The translations under genes were made by a program, and so were the position numbers. From Octopus bimaculoides (taxonomy: Eukaryota): a stretch of 64,000 bases of DNA. Numbering within the stretch: the stretch's first letter is position 1; each line of letters opens with the position of its first letter. Under the pieces are notes generated by a model. The model was not told where the DNA came from, did not search any database, and saw only the letters and a list, made by a program, of their open reading frames with translations. Below, piece by piece: positions 38,631 to 51,090 of this stretch. The DNA lies in NCBI RefSeq assembly GCF_001194135.2, contig NC_068990.1:14620925-14684924 (forward strand), read 5' to 3'.

Positions 38631-38960
38631 ATTTACATTTGACGGATATTTATCCTCATTTTGTTTGTTGTTAACAGAACATTTTGGCATATGGCGTAGT
38701 GGTTAAAAGCACGGGTTACTAACCCCAAGATTCCGAGTTTGATTCCAGGCAGTGATCTGAATAATAATAATAACAACAACATCGAAAAATACCTTAGGAA
38801 TGAGAACCCAAGTTCGAAATTTCCCCAAGACACCTGATGAAGGCTGGAGGGTATATCAGCTGAAACGTTGTGTTAACAACAAACAAGATGAGGATAAATA
38901 TCCATCAAATGTAAATAATGTACATAATTCCTCGTCTCTTGAATATAGAACTGAAGTAAG
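38631..38960 (+). mobile_element. tRNA-headed non-autonomous retroelement with hammerhead ribozyme and inverted 5' arm (Penelope-like mobilisation)
   Basis: Box A TGGCGTAGTGG 38692-38702, box B GTTTGATTCC 38737-38746, (AAT)n linker, hammerhead 38829-38874. 38631-38676 is the reverse complement of 38871-38916 (46 bp, 2 mismatches). Confidence 0.75.
38829..38874 (+). ncRNA. Minimal type-I hammerhead ribozyme
   Basis: Stem I GACAC/GTGTT; core CTGATGA; one extra A; stem II GGCTG/CAGCT with a 10-nt loop; GAAAC; palindromic AACGTT as stem III; predicted cleavage after GTT at 38869. Confidence 0.75.
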
Positions 38961-39039
38961 ATTTAATTACCAGAAGAGTGTCAGGACATAAGAATACTGT
39001 GTCAAATATGTATTCATCCAACCCATTGTTGTTGTTGTT

Positions 39040-39406
39040 GGCACTCCGTCGCTTACGGTGTGGAGGGTTCCAGTTGATCCGATCAACGGAACAGCCTGCT
39101 CAGGAAATTAATGTGCAAGTGGCTGAGCACTCCACAGATACGTGTACCCTTAACGTAGTTCTCGGGGATATTCAGTGTGACACAAGGCTGACCCTTTGAA
39201 TTACAGGCACAATAGAAACAGGAAGTAAGAGTGAGAGAAAGTTGTGGTGAAAGAATACAGCAGGGTTCACCATCATCCCCTGCCGGAGCCTTGTGGAGCT
39301 TTTAGGTGGTTTTCGCTCAATAAACACAACGCCCGGTCTGGGAATCGAAACCGCGGTCCTATGACCGCGAGTCCACTGCCCTAACCACTGGGCCATTGCG
39401 CCTCCA
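39040..39406 (-). mobile_element. SINE family B', full length
   Basis: Reverse complement of the 18435-18765 type, with head GGCGCAATGGCCCAGTGG and (CAA)n tail. Confidence 0.85.
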
Positions 39407-39574
39407 CTCCAACCCATACCAAGAGGAAAAAAAAAAAACATGTAAAAATGAAATGAATGAACAGATCATGGGGTCTGCTCAATCGAGGCTAATATAGGAT
39501 TAAAGAACAATACCAACAAAGCTTTCACTGGTGATTTAGTAATACATTAGGAGTTCATCCCAAACCAAACTTAC

Positions 39575-39684
39575 CTTATTACTATTGATCTTATTTGTAC
39601 CTTCAAGTTTTCTCAGAAAGTCCTGAAATTCAGCATAAGTATGCTCACTTGATTCATATTTTGGTGATAGCAAATATGAGGAGC
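39575..39684 (-). CDS. Coding exon 2 (GSSYLLSPKYESSEHTYAEFQDFLRKLEGTNKINSNK)
   Basis: Acceptor ttgtttgttgtag|, donor AAG|GTAAGT. 110 nt, open only in phase 1 (matches exon 1), ends in phase 0. Confidence 0.88.
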
Positions 39685-40826
39685 CTACAACAAACAATTT
39701 TCAATAAATAAATAAGAATAAGAAAAAAAAGCATATGTGAGTGAGTTATTTAATTAGTCATTAAGATAGAATTTACTTAAATATTTACAGAAAATCACTA
39801 TCATATTACAGTTGATGTCTACATCATATTAAATATTATAGCAAGTTTTTTTGTTTTTTTTCATTTTTTGAAATTTTATATTTGTTTCAGTCAATAGAGT
39901 GTGGCCTTGAAGAATTCTTAGTTGACTGAATCAACCCAAGTATTTATATTATAAGCCTAGTGCTTATTCTATCAATCTCTTTTGCTGAACCACTAAGTCA
40001 CAGGGATGTAAACATACCAACACTGTCAAGTGGTGGTGGACAGACACAAAGACACACATATATAATCATTATCATCGTTTAATGTCCATTTTCCATGTTG
40101 GCATGGGTTGGATGATCTGACCAGAGCTGGCAAGCCCAGAGAGCTTCATCAGGTTCTAGTGAGATTTGGCTTGATTTCTACAGCTAGATGCCCTTCCTAA
40201 TGACAACAACTTTACAATGATGTGTGCTGGGTACTTTTACATTTACGCTTCAATTTTCCATCCGTTTCAGCAAGAGTTTTAACAATTCCAACTTTTTTTT
40301 TTTTCTGAGAATTATCCAGGAGTGGCTGTGTGGTAAGTAGCTTGCTTCCCAACCACATGGTTCTGGGTTCAGTCCCACTGAATGGCACCTTGGGCAAGTG
40401 TTTTCTACTATAGCATCAAGGGAAGCAAGGCACAACAGGAATGGTAAATAGTTTACAGTACAAAAGAAATCACCTTGAACTTACTAAAGTAATATTCGTG
40501 ATGTTTTATCTCTACTAAGTATAGAAGTAGATGTGTTGCATAAGATTAATTTTGAGGATTTAATCAAAAACTTTGCTATTAAAAAAAAAAACAAGGAATA
40601 AACTTTGCAAAGTGGAAATATACAAAAATAAACATTATTTTCCATCTTACTGTTAGTTTTGTTCCATTTTGAGAAATAAAAATTTATTTTATGGTTTATT
40701 ATTGGTTATATTTTGAATTACATAAAAATGGGAGCACCAAAAGGTGCTTAATCCAGCCCTGCTTAGCTTTGTCCACCTCAGCTATTACTCATTCACCCCA
40801 AGCATTCCATTTCTGTCATTATACTC

Positions 40827-41045
40827 TTATTTCTTTATTGCCCACAGAGGGGACAAACAAGGACAGGCAAACGGATTGAGTCGATTATATCGACCCCAGT
40901 GCGTAACTGGTACTTATTTAATTGACCCTGAAAGGATGAAAGGCAAAGTTGACCTCGGCGGAATTTGAACTCAGAACGTAGCGGCAGACGAAATACCGTT
41001 AAGCATTTCGTCCGGCGTGCTAACGTTTCTGCCAGCTCACCGCCT
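40827..41045 (-). mobile_element. SINE family A, well-preserved copy
   Basis: High similarity to 16333-16510 and 17901-18090. Confidence 0.85.
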
Positions 41046-41502
41046 TATTATACTCTGTCATTATACTCTTGCTCTCTTCACCTCTATCCATTCTGGTTCT
41101 TCTAGCACCACTCTCTCCAACTCCACCTTCTCAATCACATCATTGCCTAGAGTGAACACATGTGCCTTAGAGCAGTTAGTACTCTTTACTCTTACAGTGT
41201 ACAAAGCAATGTACCAACTGTGTTGTGTCAGAATCCACTTGGTGAACTCTGGAGAGTGGTTGGCAAGTGAGTAAAGAAAACAGAGCATTTAGAGCTCCTT
41301 TTGGTCCTGTCACATTAAGAATATGGCAATTTCTCTGGTGATAGTGCCATGATAAAATGCATACAGTGTACTTTGTCAGATAGTTGGTAAAAATGGAGAG
41401 AAAGAATAGATTTGAGAGGACCTTTTAATCCTGTTCTGCCAGGGATTTGACAATATGTCTAGTGCTAGTGACATGATAAAATGCACTCAGTAGTCTCTTT
41501 AA

Positions 41503-41722
41503 CCCTTTGGCATTCAAATTACTCTATCAAATGTAATGCTTATTCATTCATATTGTTTTGAATCACTTGTGTATTTATCTTGTAGTTTTGAGATGTTGAT
41601 GATTGATTGTTTATTTTCAGAATGACATTGTAGGATAGGTGTCACAGACCAGATTTAGATAGTTTAAACAAAAAACAGGTAGGATATATGGGCTGGATGT
41701 GGCCAGTTTAAATGCTAAAGGG
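41503..41722. mobile_element. piggyBac-like MITE, second copy in inverse orientation
   Basis: TTAA|CCCTTTGGCATT ... AATGCTAAAGGG|TTAG; interior is reverse-complement similar to 47054-47269. Confidence 0.7.
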
Positions 41723-43049
41723 TTAGGTGGTCAGTGATAGGAAGGGTATTCAACCACAGAAATCAGGACAAAAATTAAATGTACAAACACCCGTAAGAAC
41801 TGACTAAAACTATGACAACATGTCCAATGCAAACCAGAATGGAAAGCATTGTGGCTGACATCATCATCAGTGTTTAACGTTCACTTTCCATGCTGGCATG
41901 GGTTGGACAGTTTGACATGGGAGCTGATCAGCTGGGAGCTGTCCGCACTACAATTGTCTGTTGGGGCAAGGTTTCTATGGCTAGATGCCCTTCCTAATGC
42001 CAACCACTTTACGGAGTGTGCTGGGTGCCTTTTATGTGGTGTTGAAATTAAAATGATAATTATAAAAATCAATACCACATTAATTTTGTTGATTAGTAGA
42101 ATATATCAGCAAAGTAGTATTTACTATAATGTTGATCAAACAGTAACGAGCTGTTACCACAAACATAATTGTCTGTGCACACACCACTTCCCAACCATGT
42201 GGTTTCAGGATCAAAAGGTCAGTCCAACTTCTTGGCATCTCAGGTGTCTTCTACCATAGCACCAGAGTGACCAAAGTCTTGAGAGTGAATATGGTAAACA
42301 GAAACTGAAAGATGCTCAGTATATATATACATACATGCATACGTATTATGTATGTATATATAGTTACAATTAGGTGAGCTTCTTCACATCTGTGTGTGTG
42401 TGTCTGTGTGTGTGTGTGTATAGATCTCTGAAAATTCCTGGACTACAAGTGTCAATCTACTTGTCAACCATTGCCTAGTTTTGTGCCTCTGAAGACATGA
42501 AAGAAAGGTAAGTGTTAGTGACAGTTAAGGCAATTGGCTATAAAACAAAGTTTCATTAATAATGGTTTCAAATTTTGGCACAAGGCCAGCAATTGCAGGG
42601 GACGTGGGGTAGTCAATTACATCAACCCCAGTTCTCAACTGGCACTTATTTTATCAAGCTCAAAAGGATGATAGGCAAAGTCAACCTCAGCAAAATTTGT
42701 AACCTCCTGACTGGCCCCTGTGCCAGTGGCATGTAAAAGCACCCACTACACTCTCGGAGTGGTTGGCGTTAGGAGGGGCATCCAGCTGTAGAAACTCTGC
42801 CAAATCAGATTGGAGCCTGGTGTAGCCATCTGGTTCACCAGTCCTCAGTCAAATCGTCCAACTCATGATAGCATGGAAGGCAGACATTAAAACAATGATG
42901 ATGATGAAATGCCCCTAAACATTCTGCCCAACAAGCTGACGATTCTGTGTGTTCGCCACCTTAGACCTACTCATTAATATATTCATGTACCCATGCTAGT
43001 ATAGAAAAAGTGGATGTAAAAACTAATGAATAAAAGAAGATTAACTCAC

Positions 43050-44349
43050 CAGAATGTTCAAAGAGGTTCTCGAGCATATTAGCAAGAGGTGAGTGGTCAT
43101 ATACTGCTATAGAATTCCAATCGTGGGCTTCCTTGGCATCTGTAAACAAATGTTTGACTGTCTCCTTCTTATAACAAGTATCATCTGCTTGATGGTCAGC
43201 CTCTAAGTTCAAGCGTTTGGGTGGGCTTCTATATTTTCTCCCAGAACAGGAAGCCTCAACTATTGCTGAATCATCTAATATGGGTGAAAAATAAGTCTTA
43301 CAATGGTGTGGGTGGGGAAGCGGATATTCCGATCCATCCACATCACTTGAACTACTAGCGGCCAACATGGGGGAGCAGGTCTGCCGATTTGATCGAACTG
43401 TAATATTTGGACTTAGTATTTTGTAGGGAGATGGAGACCTGACAGTGATGTTAGAGCTATTCAGTATCTCTTCACCAGACAACCTAGAACATGGACTGGA
43501 AGTTTCTGTATCAAGTTTAGAAGGAGTTTGTAGTGGTGTAACATAGATTGAAGTGTCTGACTCTTCCAAAGTGTCATCTTGTTCATCGTTAGAATAAACT
43601 ATATATTCATTGTTCGACTTTGACTTCACAGATTTTTGGTTTGGCTTAGACTTGCTCGAAGCAGTTGAACTTTGGAAGTTATTCTTCAAGTTTTTATTCT
43701 GTATTTTATTTTGTGCTTCCAATGAAAGCTGTTTGGATTTTTTTGGTGTTGAATTGAATTGAGATTGACAGTAATCTTTACATGCCATTTTCTGTGATTT
43801 TGGAGGTGATACCTTAGCGTTACAAGCCATTTGCTTTCTGTAAGAGCCTTTCTTTGGTCTGTTGCAAACATGATTTGCATTAGCCGATGAATTCTGGATA
43901 TCTTTACTTGGAGATAAAGGTTTGGCCTTGGCCTTACATTCCCTGTCAGCTCGGGGAACTTCATTCCTGTTACCAGTATGGAGTTTTCTTCCATTTAGAC
44001 CCCTCTGTACATTCTGAACATCTGCTACAATCACTGATGTTACAGGCTGACTATTGTAAATGTTTTCTTTGTTATGTATCGGTGTGTTTGTTAATGTGAC
44101 TGAAAAATTAATGTGTCTCTCATGAAAGTTGCTATCATCAAGCGATAAACCAGTGGTATCAAGAAATTGAGCTTCATTCAAGTCATCTTTTATACTGGGA
44201 TCATCATCTATACTATCAATCCGCGCTCTGTTCAGTACATCAATCGAACTAAAACTTGAATCAAATGAGTTCAGGGTCATAGAACTTATATCATATGTTA
44301 AAGTACTGGCATCAATGCCGCTGTCATATTTTCCAATCACTTCCTCCAT
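43050..44349 (-). CDS. Coding exon 1 (large, 433 codons + 1 nt) of an uncharacterised Ser/Pro-rich protein; starts MEEVIGKYD
   Basis: Lies within the 472-codon ORF 42967-44385, whose listed start is a TTG. First ATG is in strong context GCCATGG at 44349. Acceptor ttttctattgcag| at 44443 (94 nt of UTR, frame closed by TGA). Donor TCTG|GTGAGT at 43050/43049, phase 1. Confidence 0.9.
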
Positions 44350-44599
44350 GGCATTAAAGTGATAGAAACCAAGTGTATAATACAAGTTATTACATATTTT
44401 AGATGATGTTCTGGGAAATAATTCTTACTGTTTTGCTCATTTCCTGCAATAGAAAAAGGATTTATTAGTCATATAAATACATTTCGTTCCCTCATTTACA
44501 ATATTTAAATACAACTAACAATGATACATTAAATACAAAAAAAATATAACAAAAAACAGAAAGCATTATTCAGAGAAGAAAAAAAAAAGAGTCTGACAA

Positions 44600-45226
44600 T
44601 GTTAACTGATGCACATGATTGAGGAAGAAGCAGTCAACAAACTACAAAATAAGTGAGTTGAGGACTTTCTATGATTTGCTCTGGATCTCAACAACCATGT
44701 TAAAACAGCAAGCCTTGAGCTGCATTGTCAATGTGAAAAATCCAGTTCTTCACACTCCACACATCCGGTCACTTTTGCAAAACATCCTCCCTCAAATGCT
44801 TCAGAACATCGCAGTACAACTCTCAACTGATGGTCTGGCCCTGGCGGACGAATTCTCGATGCACAATATCACATTTTGAAGGGTGATGCTCATGGCAGGT
44901 CTTCCAGGGACATTCTTCCATCTTTGAAATGCCCATACCACTCGAAGCATCGCACACGACCCATTGCCTTGTCACTACAAGCCTGCTGAAGCATGCTCAA
45001 TGTCTCTAGCAGACTTCCCAAGTTTAATGCAAAATTTCACATTGGCTATTTGTTCCTGTGATCACAAAAACACAAATTTCACAACTTGTGAAGTAAACAC
45101 AGCGTTGTCACTCAGCACACTGCCTCATGAAGGTCACTGCTAGCTCTCACTGCACACGCAACAATGTGCTGCCATCTGTTGGCACACTACAGAACTAGTC
45201 CGAGAACTTTTTGATACCACCTCGTA
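44600..45226 (-). pseudogene. Internally deleted mariner element
   Basis: TIR TACGAGGTGGTATCAAAAAGTTC at 45226. Translation gives VKFCIKLGKSARETLSMLQQA (HTH region) and GQTIS*ELYCDVLKHLREDV...NWIFHIDNA (catalytic region). Confidence 0.85.
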
Positions 45227-45484
45227 TCAAACACGTTTTTATAGATTTAACACATACACTATTATAACCTTAAAGAAGCAGTTAAATTATTCTTTCATAA
45301 TGTTATTCTTCAAATTTCTCTTCAGTTCTAAATTCCTAGGTCTGAATTCTTCCTGAACTTGTCACAATTACTTCCAGTCATTTCAAAACTAACGAACTCG
45401 ATACAAAGTGTTTTAATCAAAACTTGTTCAGAAGCACAACAGAAGCTCTTGTCAAACAACATTAATCCCTTTAAGTATCTGTTT

Positions 45485-45560
<76 letters not shown>

Positions 45561-47053
45561 CAGAGAGATAAAAGATTAGGAATAGTGTTATTATTTATTT
45601 AGTGCTTTTAAAAAATTAATCCTAAATGGTTGATTTAAAGGGGAACAAAAGCTGGGGAAGAGTTTTACAGAAAAACTGTCTTCCACATGTAATGAATTAG
45701 AGTTCATTTCACCTAAGTGTGTAATCCAGTAGCCCAAAGGTAAATATCACAGGTAAAAAAAAGGATTCAAGTTGAAGTAGTTATTAATAGAAAGAAGGTA
45801 AAAAGAGGTAACTAAAAAAATGAATTCTGTGATAATATTCCCTTTGACAACCCCACTATTTCACTAAGGGTATAGAAAAATATTAACAAAGGGGTTATTA
45901 AGTTTGAATTTACAAATAAGATCAACTGGAAAAGAGTATTTCAGTCGTTCATGTTTATAAACCATACTTAAAATTATGTAAGTCCACAAAAGTATGTCCG
46001 AAATTTTAGACATCAGTTATAACTGAATATCATAAGACACCAAAATTGTCCTAACAGCACACTATAAAACTATGGCCACCCTTAAAATGGTAGCCACTAG
46101 CAAAGTACAAGCAAGGCCACAGCATTAGCATAACGATACTATAGATCAAACAGATAATGTACAGGTATGGACCAGATACGTTTACATGCTAATAATATTA
46201 TAAATATAACACTTCAACTTTGAAAGATAAACCATATCTTTATCTTTATCTTTATAACTTTCAAATTTCATTTGAGATTCAGCAGTACCCGTGTAGTGGT
46301 ACTGTCCTAGTCATTAAGTCAATGAGAAGATTTGCTTGTTTTAGCAGTGTTAGTAATGTTAGTGGTATGGAAGGTTACTAAAATTTAAATATTAGTAGCA
46401 GTTTGAGAAAATTGATAACAACACTGACTCGTTAGATTACTACAGCAGATCAACTGATCAAGTAGTAACTCAACAGGAGATGGAGAAGTTGGTGATATCA
46501 AACCACTGATAACATTATCACAATGAGCAGATGTGCATCATCATCGTTTAACGTCCGCTTTCCATGCTAGCATGGGTTGGACGATTTGACTGAGGACTGG
46601 TGAAACCGGATGGCAACACCAGGCTCCAATCTAATTTGGCAGAGTTTCTACAGCTGGATGCCCTTCCTAACGCCAACCACTCAGAGAGTGCATGGGGAAC
46701 GATATTTAGGAGCTATCTGTTTAGCTCATGTAGAGCTTATCGGCATTCAGTTTTAATGTAGGAAGCACTTTCCAAAACAAATCAGATATGCTACATTGAC
46801 AGTAAATTTCTTGTAATGTACTATTTGGTCTACCCCATAAAAGTGTGGTTTACCATTATTCTTAATTGTCTGCCAAGTAATTTTTCAGTTGGAAATAACT
46901 TGCATGCACTAGGTGCACTGCAAAAGTGCAAAAGACTCTTCAAACTGACAGCTTCCGTAATGCAGACTTGATTGTTTGCACAATTCTTTCTGCTGCACCA
47001 TTAGACTTTTAGACTATAGGTCGTACAATTTCTTTGCAATGTCGTTAGTTTAA

Positions 47054-47269
47054 CCCTTTAGCATTTAACCTGGCCAAATCTTACCCAAATATTCTGTTTT
47101 ATGATCAAACTGACCAAATCTTGCCTCTCAAACATACCCTACGATGTCACTCGAAAAACAAACCTTTGCATCATCAAAATCTTGAAGCTATGAAATACTA
47201 TATGATGAATTCAAAACAATGTGAATAAATAAACATCAGAACTGAGAGACTAATTTGGATGCTAAAGGG
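47054..47269. mobile_element. piggyBac-like MITE
   Basis: TTAA|CCCTTTAGCAT ... ATGCTAAAGGG|TTAA. Confidence 0.8.
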
Positions 47270-47965
47270 TTAAGTAGTCCTTTAATTGAATAAATTCTGA
47301 GTCATACTTCAACCCGTATTTTGTTTCCATTCAAAACCTGGTACTTATCCTATCGGTCTCCTTGCCAAAGCAACAAGTTATATGGATGTAAACACCAACA
47401 CTGGTTGTCAAGCAGTAGTGGTAGAAAGCACAGACACACACACACATATACGATGGACTTCTTTCAGTTTTCAACTACTAAATCCACTCACAAAGCTTTG
47501 GTTGGCTCAAGGTTATTGTAGGAGACGCCCAAGGTGCTCCGCAGTGGGACTGAACCCAGAATCATGGGTTCTTACCACACTGCCATGTCTGCACGTATAT
47601 ATTCTTTTGTTTCAGTCATTTGACTGCGGCCATGCTGGAGCACCGTCTTTAATCAAACAAATCAACCCAATGACATACTCTTTGTGAACCTGGTACTTAT
47701 TCTATCATTCCTTTTTGCCGAACCACTAAGTTACAGGGACGTAAAGACACCAACATGGGTTGTTAAGCAATGGTGAGGGGGATAAACACAGACACAAATG
47801 TACATATATATATATACATGACAGGCTTCTTTCAATTTCCGTCTGCCAAAGCCACTCACAAGGATTTGGTCAGCCCAAGTCTATAGTAGAAGACACTTGA
47901 CCAAGGTGCCATGCAGTGGTACTGAACCCGGAACTGTGTGGCTACTTACCACACAGCCACTCCTA

Positions 47966-48270
47966 CCATCATCGTTTAACGTCCGCTTTCCATGCTGACA
48001 TGGGTTGGACGGTTTGACTGAGGGCTTGCAAGCCAGAAGGCTGCATCAGGCTCCAATCTGATCTGGCAAAGTTTCTACAGCTGGTTGCCCTTCCTAACGC
48101 CAACCACTCCGAGTGCGGTGGGCGCTTTTTACGTACCACCGGCACAAGGGCCAGTCAAGCGGTACTGGCATCGAGCACGCTTAAATGGTACTTTTTACTT
48201 GTCACCAGTACAGGAGCCAGACATACGGCACTGGCAATGACCACGCTCGAATGGTGCTTTTTACGTGTCA
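47966..48270 (-). mobile_element. Family E repeat
   Basis: Reverse complement of the 58250-58480 type. Confidence 0.85.
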
Positions 48271-51090
48271 CTGGCTATATCTATATATATATATATATAC
48301 CTACTCGTATGTATACACAGAGATTATCAAACTGGCAATTTCCCAGCTCCAGCACAATATCAAGTTCTTGCTTCATTTCTCCACTATTCGTTTGGCATTT
48401 TACAAAATAAAATCTTAATTTTAAGGAAAAGAAAACACACAAACACTACTTGAGTTGAACCCAAGTCGAGCAAGTGAGAGGTAAAAAAAAAAACAAATTG
48501 TTTATAACAATAACATAGAATCGCAACAGAAAATTCAAAACTTGAGACATCTGTTATAAATTGAGTATCACATTTCACCAACGTTATCCAAGCGGTACGG
48601 CACACCATATAACTGTTGCTCGTCATCACTGAAAAAACTGCTAACCGCATGCAAAATGCATTCAACGCCACAACAAAATTAGCATAACAAGGGTATCGAA
48701 TTCCCATTGGGTGGAATTCTGGTTTAAGCACCCCATATAACCCTTCGTAACTTTTTTTAATTTTTGGAATTTTCGGGAAATTTTTGCAAATTTGTTCTAC
48801 ACAGAGGAATTCATATGAGTATGAAAAAAAATTTTTAGTTCGTATGATTTAAGCACAATTTAGCTGAGATACTGACTAAATGTTAACATTAATAATACGG
48901 AATGTCTTCTTTAAGCAGCAATTTCGACCCAGTACTTGACTAGTACTTTATTTTCTCGTTTTGGTATTAAAATATAGCAAACAATTCCAGGTTTCATATT
49001 TTGGCGTTACGATTAATCGCATATACACACACTTATACATATATACATAATACTTTCAGCTGTCTATTATATGTCACCGTAGCATCACCGTACACAAATA
49101 GATAAGGAAAACTAAATGCTATCCACACGATGTCGGTTTATCAGCTGGAATCGTTAAAATACTGTTGACATGATAACCAGGATTGATTCCACGCTGATAA
49201 ACACGATAACTTACAAGAAGACGAGAAGGCCTTACATGGTCGTTTGATTCGCTAGAAATAGCAGCCAAATACTCCACAAATCACACACTAGCGTTTTTAA
49301 AATAGATTTAAGACAGCACTCTAGGTAGACTATGCACGTACAATAAAGAAAAGGTGGTATGCATAGCTGGAGAAGCTTTTGATCATAGATTAGTTCAATC
49401 AAGACCCATCTAGGATTAGACAACACATAAAAATGAGACATAACAGTAAACACGATAACTCAAAATATACTTTGATGAAATAAAACCTATTCAATGAAAC
49501 TAAAACTTTTCCTTTAGAAATTTTAGAATGTTCTATCCAACATGCCTGGTTAGCAAGCTATAAATCATACGCATTAAGCATGATTTTTACATAGGGTTAA
49601 AGTCTGAAGAAGAAAGAAAAAGCAATGAGAAGTTGGGACAAAAGAAGTAAAGGATTTATACATTTTGCTAAGACTGAAATCTAGTGGCAAATAGAATATA
49701 TTTATATATAGTAAAAGTTCGTAACTATACACAAGCCGTATTAGCAACATCATGGGTCTCTGGACAAATCAACACACTGGGTCCCTAAATTTGTGAGGCC
49801 GTTTGTGTACATGCCTTACAACAACACACACTATACAAAAATTGTTTTCTCATTATGAACACTAAACAGAAAATATGTAGGCAAGATATTAAATGGTTTG
49901 TAAATATATGGGTAATCATATATTTGTTATAAAATGGTAATACACCCCAATAACCACAGAGAGGAAATATACACACATTCATTCATGCATGCACATTAAG
50001 AAATACTTAGTTACTGACGTATAACAGAAAATCATATTTCGAAGACAGGAATAAAAACAGTTCATGGTTTAACTTCATAAAAAAAACTAATTACGTTGTT
50101 TAAAAATTAAAAGAATACAATTAAATCCAGATATGAAATCACGTTTAAGTGTGCAAGATACATATTAGAAATTAACAACACTAATATAATAAGTGAAATC
50201 CAGGTATGTTCTCTGTTGTACTTGGTGTGATTAGTGAAAATGTTACTCTAACCCATGTCCCGTTCAATGCCAGTGGAACCCCACTCCCGGTTTTTTTAAG
50301 TGACTTGCAATGCAACAGTTAAAAGACAATTTTGTATGCACACAATTATAAATTAAACTAAACCATGTTATCAATTGCTTTTACATTCAATGCAAAGAAG
50401 TATTGTGAGAAACTTAACAGCTTGCATATTGTGAATGTGGAACCCTTGAGTTTTTTTAACATATAACAGTTTGACTTAGCTCCATAGTGTTGGAGTGCCA
50501 TCTTCTTTCGTTTTCAACTCGTGTGTGTATACATATATATATATACACACATATATATTTGCACGAAGCGTAATGATGCTCAATAAGCATCTACCTGCTA
50601 GAAATAAGAGCTAAGTCTTAAATTAATCCACCGTAACGCACCAATATAACAGAGGGAAACAGAAAGCACTAAAACATTTAACAGCACAAATAAAAATATT
50701 ATGCAGGTGTGTTTACGTCCCCGTAACTTAGCGGTTCGGTAAAAGAGACCGATAGAATAAGCACTTGGCATCCAAAGAATAAGTCCTGGGATCGATTTAC
50801 TCGACTAAAGGCGGTGCTCCAGCATGGCCACAGTCAAATGACTGAAACGAGGAAAAGAGTATATATATANNNNNNNNNNNNNNNNNNNNNNNNNNNNNNN
50901 NNNNNNNNNNNNNNNNNNNNNNNNNNNNNNNNNNNNNNNNNNNNNNNNNNNNNNNNNNNNNNNNNNNNNNNNNNTATATATGTATGTATGTATGTATAAA
51001 ATGACACAATGACAAAACAACATATGATATCTTCTGGACATATATAAATTTAGTTTCTAAAGTATTCAACGCATAAATACATATATATAC

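Noticed and set aside
38686-38755. Functional tRNA gene (also SINE heads at ~8570, 11380-11438, 39340-39406)
   Set aside because: A/B boxes are present but no complete cloverleaf, and each continues into SINE body sequence.
38869-38871. Idea that the inverted arm stops exactly at the ribozyme cleavage site
   Set aside because: Closer alignment shows degenerate homology continuing ~12 nt further, into stem II.
43686-43994. Overlapping ORFs inside the large exon (43686-43994 minus, 43887-44099 plus)
   Set aside because: Shadow frames of the real coding exon, using non-ATG starts.
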